Origin: Alphaproteobacteria bacterium
GTDB lineage: Bacteria; Pseudomonadota; Alphaproteobacteria; RF32; CAG-239
Assembly: GCA_017543835.1 (NCBI GenBank)
Contig: JAFYFJ010000020.1
Span: 36,027-100,026 of the forward strand
Length of the DNA stretch: 64,000 nucleotides
Reading direction: 5' to 3'
Shown here: positions 29,501 through 37,331 of the stretch, one piece after another
How positions within the stretch are numbered: position 1 is the first letter of the stretch
Layout of the letters: each line of letters begins with the position of its first letter
Program-made: the position numbers and the translations under genes
The notes under the pieces: generated by a model
What the model was told of the DNA's origin: nothing
The model's input: only the letters and a program-made list of their open reading frames with translations
The model's database searches: none

Positions 29501-30737
29501 AGATTTCTCCTTTGAAAGTCCAATTTGCAGAATTTATGTCGTATGTAACAGTGTGAACCGTTAATCCTGAAAATTTCATTAACAAATCCATCCACGTCAA
29601 CGGGTCGTTGTTTGACGTGATGGAAAATTCCATCAAATCATATTGTGTTCCGCGCGGCGATACCCATTTTTTCGGTGTCAACGCAATGTTGATGCTCAAG
29701 GCCTGATTAATATCGTTGATGGTATTAATCAAATCGCTTTGTGTATATTCCGGCGGAGAGTTAAGCGTTTGCGGCTCCTCAACCGGCAACGATGCCATTA
29801 AGGTATTGCCGTCGGCGCTTAAAACGCGTGATTTAAATTCAACGCCCGAAACATCGAGTGCCTGTTCCATAAAGGTCAGACGACCGATTTCACGGCGCCA
29901 CGATGTGACCAAACCGGTGCTCTTGCAGGTTACGCCTTCCAAACGCCAACCCGGAGCAACCAATTCAACCACTTTTTGCGTGGCTTTATAGCAGTTGCGC
30001 ATAACATCAATCGGATTAGCGATTGATTCCCACGGCTTTGGCTCCGGCGGGAGCTCTTCCTGCTGAACCTGTTCAATCGGGGCAATAATCGGTGTTTCCG
30101 GTGCCGAGAAAAACAGGTCTTTTAAGGTAGAATACGCAAACCATAAAATAATTGCAAAGCAGGCGATGATTACCAAAAGCATAATGGAGTCATTGCTGGC
30201 ATCAATTTTATCGAGTTTGACTTGCAAGCCCTTTTCGAGCAGCGGCCCCAACTCATCCGGCCGCGTGTCTTCAATTCCCCATTCCGGCGGCGCAAAAATG
30301 GCGTCCCAATCCGGCACGGTTAACATTGAAATAAACTGATTCTTGGCATCACGCTCGCTGATAAACAATGTATCGCCGTCAGACAAGATAACATCGTTTC
30401 TGAAGCAGATATACCACCAACCCGTATCGACTTTGAACACGCCCAAAAACGATGTAACCGTTCCCAAGCCCGTAATCAAAGCCACGGCGGCCGACGGAAG
30501 ACCTTTGGTAAAGCCCTGCGTTGAGGCGGCAAGACCAAACTGCGGCGACTTGCCTTTGCGCGTCAGATACAGGTCTGCACCTTCGAGGATATTCTCGGCG
30601 GCTTCTTTGACCTCCGGCAACGGCTTGTCTTCGTTCATCAGCGGCTGCCAGAACAAGCTTGCGGCATAAGTCGTCGAGCCGGCCGTAAAGGTCGATTTCC
30701 AAGCTTTTTCTTCTGATTGCGTTTCCTCAATTTCCAC
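29490..30737 (-). CDS. type IVb pilus protein, PilO(R64)/PilO2-like
   Basis: 415 aa with one central TM (IMLLVIIACFAIILWFAY). GTG start with an AGGAG RBS. The call rests mainly on position between the secretin and the pilP-like gene, and on size. Confidence 0.5.
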   Translation of the reverse strand: MEIEETQSEEKAWKSTFTAGSTTYAASLFWQPLMNEDKPLPEVKEAAENILEGADLYLTRKGKSPQFGLAASTQGFTKGLPSAAVALITGLGTVTSFLGVFKVDTGWWYICFRNDVILSDGDTLFISERDAKNQFISMLTVPDWDAIFAPPEWGIEDTRPDELGPLLEKGLQVKLDKIDASNDSIMLLVIIACFAIILWFAYSTLKDLFFSAPETPIIAPIEQVQQEELPPEPKPWESIANPIDVMRNCYKATQKVVELVAPGWRLEGVTCKSTGLVTSWRREIGRLTFMEQALDVSGVEFKSRVLSADGNTLMASLPVEEPQTLNSPPEYTQSDLINTINDINQALSINIALTPKKWVSPRGTQYDLMEFSITSNNDPLTWMDLLMKFSGLTVHTVTYDINSANWTFKGEIYEL

Positions 30738-30756
30738 TGGTTTTCTCCTAAAAGAA

Positions 30757-32367
30757 TTAGTCTTTCATTCTGGATTCCGGATCAAGCGGTGATTCCAAAA
30801 CAACCGGCGTCAGCATAATCACCAAAACGGTGCGTGCACGAGATGCGGAAGATGAGCCGCCGAGCAACATATTATCCGGTGTTCCGGTACCGATTTTCTC
30901 AGTTGCGTCTTTGACTTGTTCATAACCTGCCAATACCAAGGTTTCGCCCGAGCGCATCGCCAATTCTTGCGTAAAGCCGCGTCCTTCGATAATCGGGTTT
31001 TGAACAAAGCCGTCTTTTGCATCTTCTTCGGTACTGCTTCCCAACAAGATTTTTTCCAAATCAACCAAATTTGACAAGGTCAGGTTGAAATAAACCATCA
31101 AACGTCCGTGGTCCAAAACTCTCGGCAATACGGCCATCATGAAACCTGTATTGATTTCTTCGGTTTCAACCGAAATTTCGGTGCTTTCATTGTCGTTTCC
31201 GGAATTTTCAACGGTTTGTTCCTTAACATAAGATTGTTTACGCATAACCTTAATCGGTGCGGCTTTGTTGTTCATGGTGGTAACGGTGCCGCTGGTTATG
31301 ACTCGAGCATTACCCTCTTTAGATAAACCTTCAAGGGTGGCATCAATATTGACTTTGCCTTTAATGATACCCATACCGAGCGAACTGGTGGAGTTTTCGA
31401 TTGCGCCGCCTTGGTGCCAAGCAGTTGCCTTTAAGTGGTTGCTGGCCGCAATTGTGGCACCCAAATCAAAGTTAAAGCCGTCGTCATTGTTAATATCAAC
31501 TTGCAACACCTTAACGCTGATGGCAACCTGTTTGCTCATACGGCTGTTCATTTCCGTAATGTATTTACCGATGCGCTTAATCACGGTCGGCGTATCCGTT
31601 ACGTTGATGGTGCCGCTTCCCGGATTCATCGAAATCGAACCGTCTCTGGTTTTCATATTATCGAGAGTAGCGCTGACTTCATCCCAAACACTTGAAGCCG
31701 TGTATCCGTTTTGCGCCGTAACCGAATCTTCGCCTTCGCCGCCGGAATTTGAAATACTGGCTTGAATATCCGGTGTGGTCGGCAAGGTGTAAAGAATAAA
31801 GGTTTTGGTGATAAACTTATAGAAATAAATCTCGTTTTTCTCATATTTCCACCAAATACCGAAACGATTGGAAACTTCGTCAAGCAGGCCGCTCAACGGA
31901 CCTTTGTAGTTAACAATCATCTTGGTCGAATCCGTCCATTGTTGACCGAGCGAATCAATATCCGGCTGGTTGTTATCGGCGGTGCTGATGGAAGTGCGGT
32001 CATCGTCTTCCAATTCCGGCGCATAACGAACCGTCAAACCCGTAATTTTGCTAATCATATTGCCGATTTCAAACAATGTAATCGGACGGTTACTGATAAG
32101 CGTAATACCGTCTTTGGCTTCCAAATAAGTCGGAACGGCTTCGCCTTCGTATTCAACGGTAGACGAATCACCGAGCCAAATATCGTTTTTGACCCGAATC
32201 AAATCATCCGGAATCTGCTCAGCCGGTGCAACCGCTTTTTGACGCAATTCGACGACATCTTTGGTGGTTTGCTCCAGTTCGCGGTCAAGTTCCGGCGAAA
32301 CGCTGCATGCGGCAGCAATTCCCAAAATGCCGAAAACAGTTAATTTAAACAAATTAGTCATACGCAT
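30757..32367 (-). CDS. pilN: lipoprotein secretin, R64 PilN family
   Basis: Lipobox GIAAAC. C-terminal secretin domain (NTGFMMAVLPRVLDHGRLMVYFNLTLSNL...GETLVLAGY...RTVLVIMLTPVVLE). The ATG at 32367 follows a GGAGGA. Confidence 0.85.
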   Translation of the reverse strand: MRMTNLFKLTVFGILGIAAACSVSPELDRELEQTTKDVVELRQKAVAPAEQIPDDLIRVKNDIWLGDSSTVEYEGEAVPTYLEAKDGITLISNRPITLFEIGNMISKITGLTVRYAPELEDDDRTSISTADNNQPDIDSLGQQWTDSTKMIVNYKGPLSGLLDEVSNRFGIWWKYEKNEIYFYKFITKTFILYTLPTTPDIQASISNSGGEGEDSVTAQNGYTASSVWDEVSATLDNMKTRDGSISMNPGSGTINVTDTPTVIKRIGKYITEMNSRMSKQVAISVKVLQVDINNDDGFNFDLGATIAASNHLKATAWHQGGAIENSTSSLGMGIIKGKVNIDATLEGLSKEGNARVITSGTVTTMNNKAAPIKVMRKQSYVKEQTVENSGNDNESTEISVETEEINTGFMMAVLPRVLDHGRLMVYFNLTLSNLVDLEKILLGSSTEEDAKDGFVQNPIIEGRGFTQELAMRSGETLVLAGYEQVKDATEKIGTGTPDNMLLGGSSSASRARTVLVIMLTPVVLESPLDPESRMKD

Positions 32368-33070
32368 TTTCGTCCTCCATTGTTTCAACTACCAAAACGC
32401 GGTTACCTTTATAAAATGTGCCTATCGGCGCCGGTCTGGCACGACCGAATGCTCTGATTAAGGCAGATGCAACATCGGCAAAACTGCCTCTGAACATTGC
32501 GCCGGCATTGAGTGTGTAGTTGCGGTTGGTTTTCCAAATCAAGCGCCAACCGGCTTCTTCACTCCATTGTGTCAGCAATTCTTTCAAGCTCTGGCCTTCT
32601 TCCGCCAGCCAATCTCTGTTTTGAACATCGGCATCTTCGGCGGCAACTTCTTGCGATTGAGCGCTTGTGTCAATCATATACGATTGTTGTGCCATTGTTT
32701 CGATTGTCGGCTGATATTCAACCACTTCGTCAACAATACCCGGAACGGTGGTGGCGGAAATATTGTTTCCGGCCGCGGCTTGAGTAATACGATGATCACG
32801 CGGCGAACGTTCGCCATATGCGCGGAAGTCCGAGTTTGTGCGCGTGTAATTGACAGGTGCCTGGTTAACGCATTCGCTGTAACCGGCGGAGTTTTCCGTG
32901 CAAACGTCCGTAAATTCCTGCTCGCTTTCGCAAATACCGTCTTGGCAGTTTGCTTCTCGTTCCAAGTAGCTTGTCGGTTCATTGACGCAACCGGTTGTGC
33001 CGAGAACACAGCAAACCAAGCCGGTAATTGCCAATTTATGCATTATTATCTTTTCAAAATAGTGTTTCAT
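32354..33070 (-). CDS. pilL: TcpQ-domain lipoprotein, R64 PilL-like
   Basis: Lipobox LGTTGC. The C-terminal segment WLAEEGQSLKELLTQWSEEAGWRLIWKTNRNYTLNAGAMFRGSFADVASALIRAF fits the toxin-coregulated-pilus Q / PilL domain. Confidence 0.7.
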   Translation of the reverse strand: MKHYFEKIIMHKLAITGLVCCVLGTTGCVNEPTSYLEREANCQDGICESEQEFTDVCTENSAGYSECVNQAPVNYTRTNSDFRAYGERSPRDHRITQAAAGNNISATTVPGIVDEVVEYQPTIETMAQQSYMIDTSAQSQEVAAEDADVQNRDWLAEEGQSLKELLTQWSEEAGWRLIWKTNRNYTLNAGAMFRGSFADVASALIRAFGRARPAPIGTFYKGNRVLVVETMEDENAYD

Positions 33071-33121
33071 CGTATTTTCCTATGATACAGGTTAAAATTG
33101 TAGTCGCATTCTTCAGATTTG

Positions 33122-34876
33122 TTACCATGGGTTATCTCCCCACTTAACGACGGCTTTTGCCATATCTTCTTCAGAAGCGTATCTCACATTCCTAATAATA
33201 AAAGAGTTTGGCTCGCGGTTGGTAAAAATTATATTAATTTTATGATAATCCACACCTCTGTCTGCCAAAAGCTTATAAAATAATTTCAAACGTTTTTGCT
33301 GAATAGCTTGCGGCGCGGACTGCGAAGCCCTGATTTCGACAACAACCGTGTCGTTTTTGACGGTGTTGTCGGCAAAAGCACGCAGCCATTCAAGCGTTTG
33401 CCCCGAAATTTCGGCCTTGTTCGGCTGAAATGTGATTTTTAACTCACTCGGAGCAATATTCTTTTCTTCTTCTTGTGGGCCCAACAGTTTTTGAAAGATT
33501 GAACCGCCGGACTTTTTACCTTCCGCCGTTTCCTGCTCATCATCCTTAGAGCCCGATTTATCCGATGAGCCCTTTGTCAGATTGCTGGCTTTTGTTTTAA
33601 CGCCGGAAAACCACGCCGTAATACTGTCGGTCAAACTCTTAGAGCTTGAATCGTCGGCATTGGATTCGTTTTGCTCATCAAAATCTTTTTCGGTGTCATC
33701 TGCCGGAATTTGTGCCGGAAGCGGTCGAATTTCGATTTTCGGTGCATCACCGTCGCTACCTGCCGGAGCTTGTGTGCCGGAGTTGTTGCCCGAAGTTCCC
33801 GAAGTGCCCGAGGCATCATTTTTTCCGCCGGTTGCACTTCCGGTGTTGCCGTCTTTATCCGCCGGCGGCAATTTATTTTGTGAGCGCAATTCTTCTTCCA
33901 ATTGCAGATTTTCTTTTGAGCTCGAAAATTGCGGCGTCAGATTTTCTTCTTGCATAATTTCGTCCGGAATCGGAATCAAAATGTTTTGTTGCGGGCGATA
34001 TGCCACCTGAGTTTCTTGCGCCGGCAGAGCAACATCGGCTGTCTCCGGCTGACTTTTAACACTCAGAGAATTTTTCGGCGCGTGCTTGTTTGCAACTTCG
34101 GCAACTTCCCACGGGTCATCATCGGATGTTTGCGGCGAAGCGACATTTGCGGCCAATTCGGAAGATTGAGCCGTCGATGTTTCCGTCTCCGAAACGGTTT
34201 CTTCTTCGTTTTCTTCCGCACGCTCGCTGAGCGGCTCGGTCACATCGGCCTGATTTTCGGTGCCCAAATTATAAACGCTGACATCGTGCGAGGCAAGCGC
34301 GATTTTTCCGTTGTCGGTTGCATCGGAAACGGTTACGGTGCCGCCCTCTATATTATAATTGTGCTTGAGAGGGATGGTGAACATCGGCGCCTGTGCGGCA
34401 TCGGCGATTTGCATATCATCATCGTTATCGTCGTCGCTGCTGTTATTGCTTTCGGCCTCGGTTTCCGGAGTTGTTTCCGGCAATTCGGAGGCATCGGCGA
34501 TTTCCAAATCATCACCGTCCGCAAGCGCAATATCTTCATTTTCGGTGTCGCTCGGGGTTTTATTTTCGGATACAATGCCGTCATCGTCATCTTCTTCCGG
34601 CGTATAAAGCACTTCATCGCTGTTTTCGGTTGTTTCGATATCTTCCGTCATCAGCGGATTGTTCGGTTGTGAAACCTCCTTAAACTTATTATAAAGAGGA
34701 TCTTCTTCTTCGTTGACGGCAAAGAGCTCGATGTTTTTGGCTTTGATTGACGCGGCGAGTTGCTCATCCGGTTGGTCCGGTAACGTGAGCAACAAATAGG
34801 CCTTCGCTGCCACAAATACAGCGACTAAAGACAACAGGAAGCTCCCTGCAAAATATTTAATACCCGGTTTCGGCAT
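33122..34876 (-). CDS. acidic membrane-anchored protein with a degenerate OmpA/MotB-like C-terminal domain
   Basis: The ATG at 34876 is preferred over TTG at 34915. N-terminal TM (FAGSFLLSLVAVFVAAKAYLLL), ~450 aa rich in D/E/S/T, and a C-terminal ~90 aa with an OmpA_C-like spacing pattern that lacks the PG-binding D/R residues. Confidence 0.55.
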   Translation of the reverse strand: MPKPGIKYFAGSFLLSLVAVFVAAKAYLLLTLPDQPDEQLAASIKAKNIELFAVNEEEDPLYNKFKEVSQPNNPLMTEDIETTENSDEVLYTPEEDDDDGIVSENKTPSDTENEDIALADGDDLEIADASELPETTPETEAESNNSSDDDNDDDMQIADAAQAPMFTIPLKHNYNIEGGTVTVSDATDNGKIALASHDVSVYNLGTENQADVTEPLSERAEENEEETVSETETSTAQSSELAANVASPQTSDDDPWEVAEVANKHAPKNSLSVKSQPETADVALPAQETQVAYRPQQNILIPIPDEIMQEENLTPQFSSSKENLQLEEELRSQNKLPPADKDGNTGSATGGKNDASGTSGTSGNNSGTQAPAGSDGDAPKIEIRPLPAQIPADDTEKDFDEQNESNADDSSSKSLTDSITAWFSGVKTKASNLTKGSSDKSGSKDDEQETAEGKKSGGSIFQKLLGPQEEEKNIAPSELKITFQPNKAEISGQTLEWLRAFADNTVKNDTVVVEIRASQSAPQAIQQKRLKLFYKLLADRGVDYHKINIIFTNREPNSFIIRNVRYASEEDMAKAVVKWGDNPW

Positions 34877-35165
34877 CTCTGTAAATCCTATTGAATCAAC
34901 GAATAACCGCGACAAAATGGCGACAGTTATCCCACTCTTTTGTTTGAAGATACAACGAAGTGTGTTAAAATACAGTTAATGAGAAAAATAAAGTTAATAA
35001 GTCGCAAAAATAAGTGTTAAAATCCGATAAAAATATGCTACGATACATACAAAGTAAATTTTTACATTTTATTTACTTTTTGTCGTTATTATTAAAATGT
35101 ATTTTTGTAATATGCACATATATACATATGGCAAAGCCCGAAAAACACGGATGCAGACGCTTGTC

Positions 35166-35213
35166 AAATGTAACAAAAATGTAACACAAATTTGTAAAAA
35201 AATGTGATATTAT
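35166..35213 (+). promoter_or_regulatory. tandem ATGTAACA motif plus -10-like TATTAT upstream of virB2 paralog 1
   Basis: AAATGTAACAAAAATGTAACA (35166-35186) is identical to 39809-39829. TATTAT at 35208-35213 lies 21 nt downstream. Confidence 0.5.
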
Positions 35214-35244
35214 GAAATTGTAATGAATTTATAGGAGAAAGAAA

Positions 35245-35577
35245 ATGAAACTTTTAAAGAATAATATTTGCACCATTTTGACATTGGTTCTGTTTTTCAC
35301 TCTTGTCATGACGGGCAATGCAGAAGCTGACGTTTTCGGTACGGCTCAATCTAAATTGTCGAACCTGTTCAAGCAATCAAAGTTCGTTATCTTCTTAATC
35401 GGCGGTTTCGGTTTGATCGCTTTGGCGTTCCAAGCCATCTTCGGTAAGTTGAAATGGGCATGGTTTGCCGCTTTGGCATTCGGTTTGGCAGTTGTGGCTG
35501 CGGCCGGTGGTGTTGTCGGTTATGCTGCAAACCAAGACAATATTGTTTCAAGCAACTTCAGCGATTCTTTGAAATAA
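35245..35577 (+). CDS. virB2: VirB2/TrbC-type T4SS pilin, paralog 1
   Basis: 110 aa: signal peptide plus two hydrophobic helices separated by a short basic loop (FGKLKW), the VirB2 architecture. AGGAGA RBS. Confidence 0.75.
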   Translation: MKLLKNNICTILTLVLFFTLVMTGNAEADVFGTAQSKLSNLFKQSKFVIFLIGGFGLIALAFQAIFGKLKWAWFAALAFGLAVVAAAGGVVGYAANQDNIVSSNFSDSLK

Positions 35578-35620
35578 TAAGAATAAGCGCAAAATTGCTT
35601 GCGCAAAATGATTACTTTGA

Positions 35621-35647
35621 GGAGGGAAAGCATAACGCTTTCTCTCC
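35621..35647 (+). other. 11-bp stem-loop between virB2 paralogs 1 and 2
   Basis: ggagggaaagc-ataac-gctttctctcc (one G-U pair). A second 6-bp hairpin lies at 35587-35604. Confidence 0.5.
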
Positions 35648-35671
35648 TTAGAGAAGATTAAGGAGGTAATT

Positions 35672-36007
35672 ATGCTGTGGATTAAAATAAAGAACTTTTT
35701 GTGGAATAACCGCTACACCATCTGCTTGGCACTTTCTTTATTTTTATATACAGCAGATGCCTACGCCACTTTTCAAGAATTTATAGATGCCGGTGATCAA
35801 ATATTTGCAGGCCTGAAGAAAATTATTTGGCCGGCGGCCACCATCGGCATTTCTTCGGTGTGTATTGCCGGTATGTTCGGCAGTTTTAACTGGAAATGGT
35901 TTATCGCAATTTTACTCGGCGTTTTCATTATTGCTACCGCCGAGAGCTTCAGTTCGCTTGTAGGTTCCGGTCCGAGCCAACAAACGGCAATGAGCGGAAA
36001 TGAATAG
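35672..36007 (+). CDS. virB2: VirB2/TrbC-type T4SS pilin, paralog 2
   Basis: 111 aa with the same leader plus two-helix architecture (FGSFNWKW loop). AAGGAGG RBS. Confidence 0.7.
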   Translation: MLWIKIKNFLWNNRYTICLALSLFLYTADAYATFQEFIDAGDQIFAGLKKIIWPAATIGISSVCIAGMFGSFNWKWFIAILLGVFIIATAESFSSLVGSGPSQQTAMSGNE

Positions 36008-36019
36008 GAGATTATACGG

Positions 36020-36580
36020 ATGAAAAAATCGCTTTTGTTCTTATTTGTTTCGTTTGCGTTTATGGGCGTTGCCGAAGATGCTTTTGCGGGTAATGCCGAC
36101 GTTATATTTGATATACTTGCATCAAAAGGCGGCACAATCGGTAAAGGATTGCGCGATACGGGCTTTTTGATTGCCGGTTTCGGTTTAATCGTCTTTTCGT
36201 TTATGGCGATTTTCAACAAAATATCGTGGAAAATGCTGGCATACATAATGTTCAGCACTTTCGTTTTAAGCACAATGATTGGAATTATCGGCTACATCAG
36301 CGGCGGACAATCCGGTCAACCGTTCCCGGATATTCAAAGCACCGGTGCGGGCGGTGAAAGTATGGACCCGACACAAAAGGAAGTGAATAAGGAAACCGGT
36401 GAAGATAAAACCGGAAGCGGAATCAGCGCACCGATGATATTCAGACCGGAAGAACAACCTTCAAATTCTCTGAATACACCATGGAACAATAATAATCAAA
36501 ACACCACGCCGGCGCAGCAACAGCCGTCTCCGTTGCAACCGCAGGATGAACAACCGTCGTGGAAAGCTCCTTGGCAATAG
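36020..36580 (+). CDS. virB2: VirB2-like pilin, paralog 3, with a Pro/Gln/Asn-rich C-terminal extension
   Basis: Signal peptide and two helices with an FNKISWKM loop, then a ~85-aa tail (NNNQNTTPAQQQPSPLQPQDEQPSW). Confidence 0.65.
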   Translation: MKKSLLFLFVSFAFMGVAEDAFAGNADVIFDILASKGGTIGKGLRDTGFLIAGFGLIVFSFMAIFNKISWKMLAYIMFSTFVLSTMIGIIGYISGGQSGQPFPDIQSTGAGGESMDPTQKEVNKETGEDKTGSGISAPMIFRPEEQPSNSLNTPWNNNNQNTTPAQQQPSPLQPQDEQPSWKAPWQ

Positions 36581-36600
36581 ACAACTGAAGAAAGTATCGC

Positions 36601-37044
36601 ATGAAAATTATTTTATTAGTCATCACAATTTGTTTATATGTTTTGCCGGCATACGCGTATATCGATAATACGCGTGCGGACGAAACTCAAGTGACGGCGG
36701 GTGACCAAAATTCGGCGATGCATCGTTTGAGCGACAAAAGCTCGGAAGCTCTCAAAAAATTGAAACAGGCCGACGAATATGTGACGCGCGTTAAGGCCGT
36801 CGGCAAGGCCGTAAATGCCGATGATTTGGAAGAATTGCTCCTGTCGGATAAAGAAGATAAAGAACGTCAGCAACTAAAGCAGATGATGCTGGATGCCGAA
36901 ATGAAGATGCGCTCGCCGCGGATGTTGATTGTGCAACCGGACCACGAGGTTTATGCTCATTTAACGGCCGCACGCAACAGTCAGATTAAAGATGCGCAAA
37001 CGGCGCGGGAATTGTGGCACGAACTGAAGGGGGGCGGCAAATGA
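36601..37044 (+). CDS. small secreted hypothetical protein (T4SS-associated)
   Basis: 147 aa with a signal peptide (LYVLPAYA|Y) and a charged helical body. Its stop overlaps the virB3 ATG (ATGA). Confidence 0.6.
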   Translation: MKIILLVITICLYVLPAYAYIDNTRADETQVTAGDQNSAMHRLSDKSSEALKKLKQADEYVTRVKAVGKAVNADDLEELLLSDKEDKERQQLKQMMLDAEMKMRSPRMLIVQPDHEVYAHLTAARNSQIKDAQTARELWHELKGGGK

Positions 37045-37331
37045 GAGAAGAAATCTTAAAAGCGGTTGCGCAACCTCCGAAAGTTTTGTGGGCGCCGATG
37101 GTGCCGTCCGTGATTAACCTGGGCATTCAATTTCCGGTGATGTTTATGGGTATCGGTATGGCGGGTATGAACCCGTTGTTTTTCGTGACGATGATTATTA
37201 TGTCGCATATTGCGTTGGTGTTTGCCGGTTTGAAAGAGCCGCACTTGTCGACAATGTTGCAAGCGTATGGTCAGACTTATCATCAAACTACTAATTTATA
37301 TTCGGAAGCGGGGAATAAATTTGAGCCATGA
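37041..37331 (+). CDS. virB3: T4SS protein VirB3
   Basis: ~96 aa. The LWAPMVPSVINLGIQF...FFVTMIIMSHIALVFAG hairpin is typical of VirB3. ATGA overlaps with both neighbours. Confidence 0.8.
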   Translation: MREEILKAVAQPPKVLWAPMVPSVINLGIQFPVMFMGIGMAGMNPLFFVTMIIMSHIALVFAGLKEPHLSTMLQAYGQTYHQTTNLYSEAGNKFEP

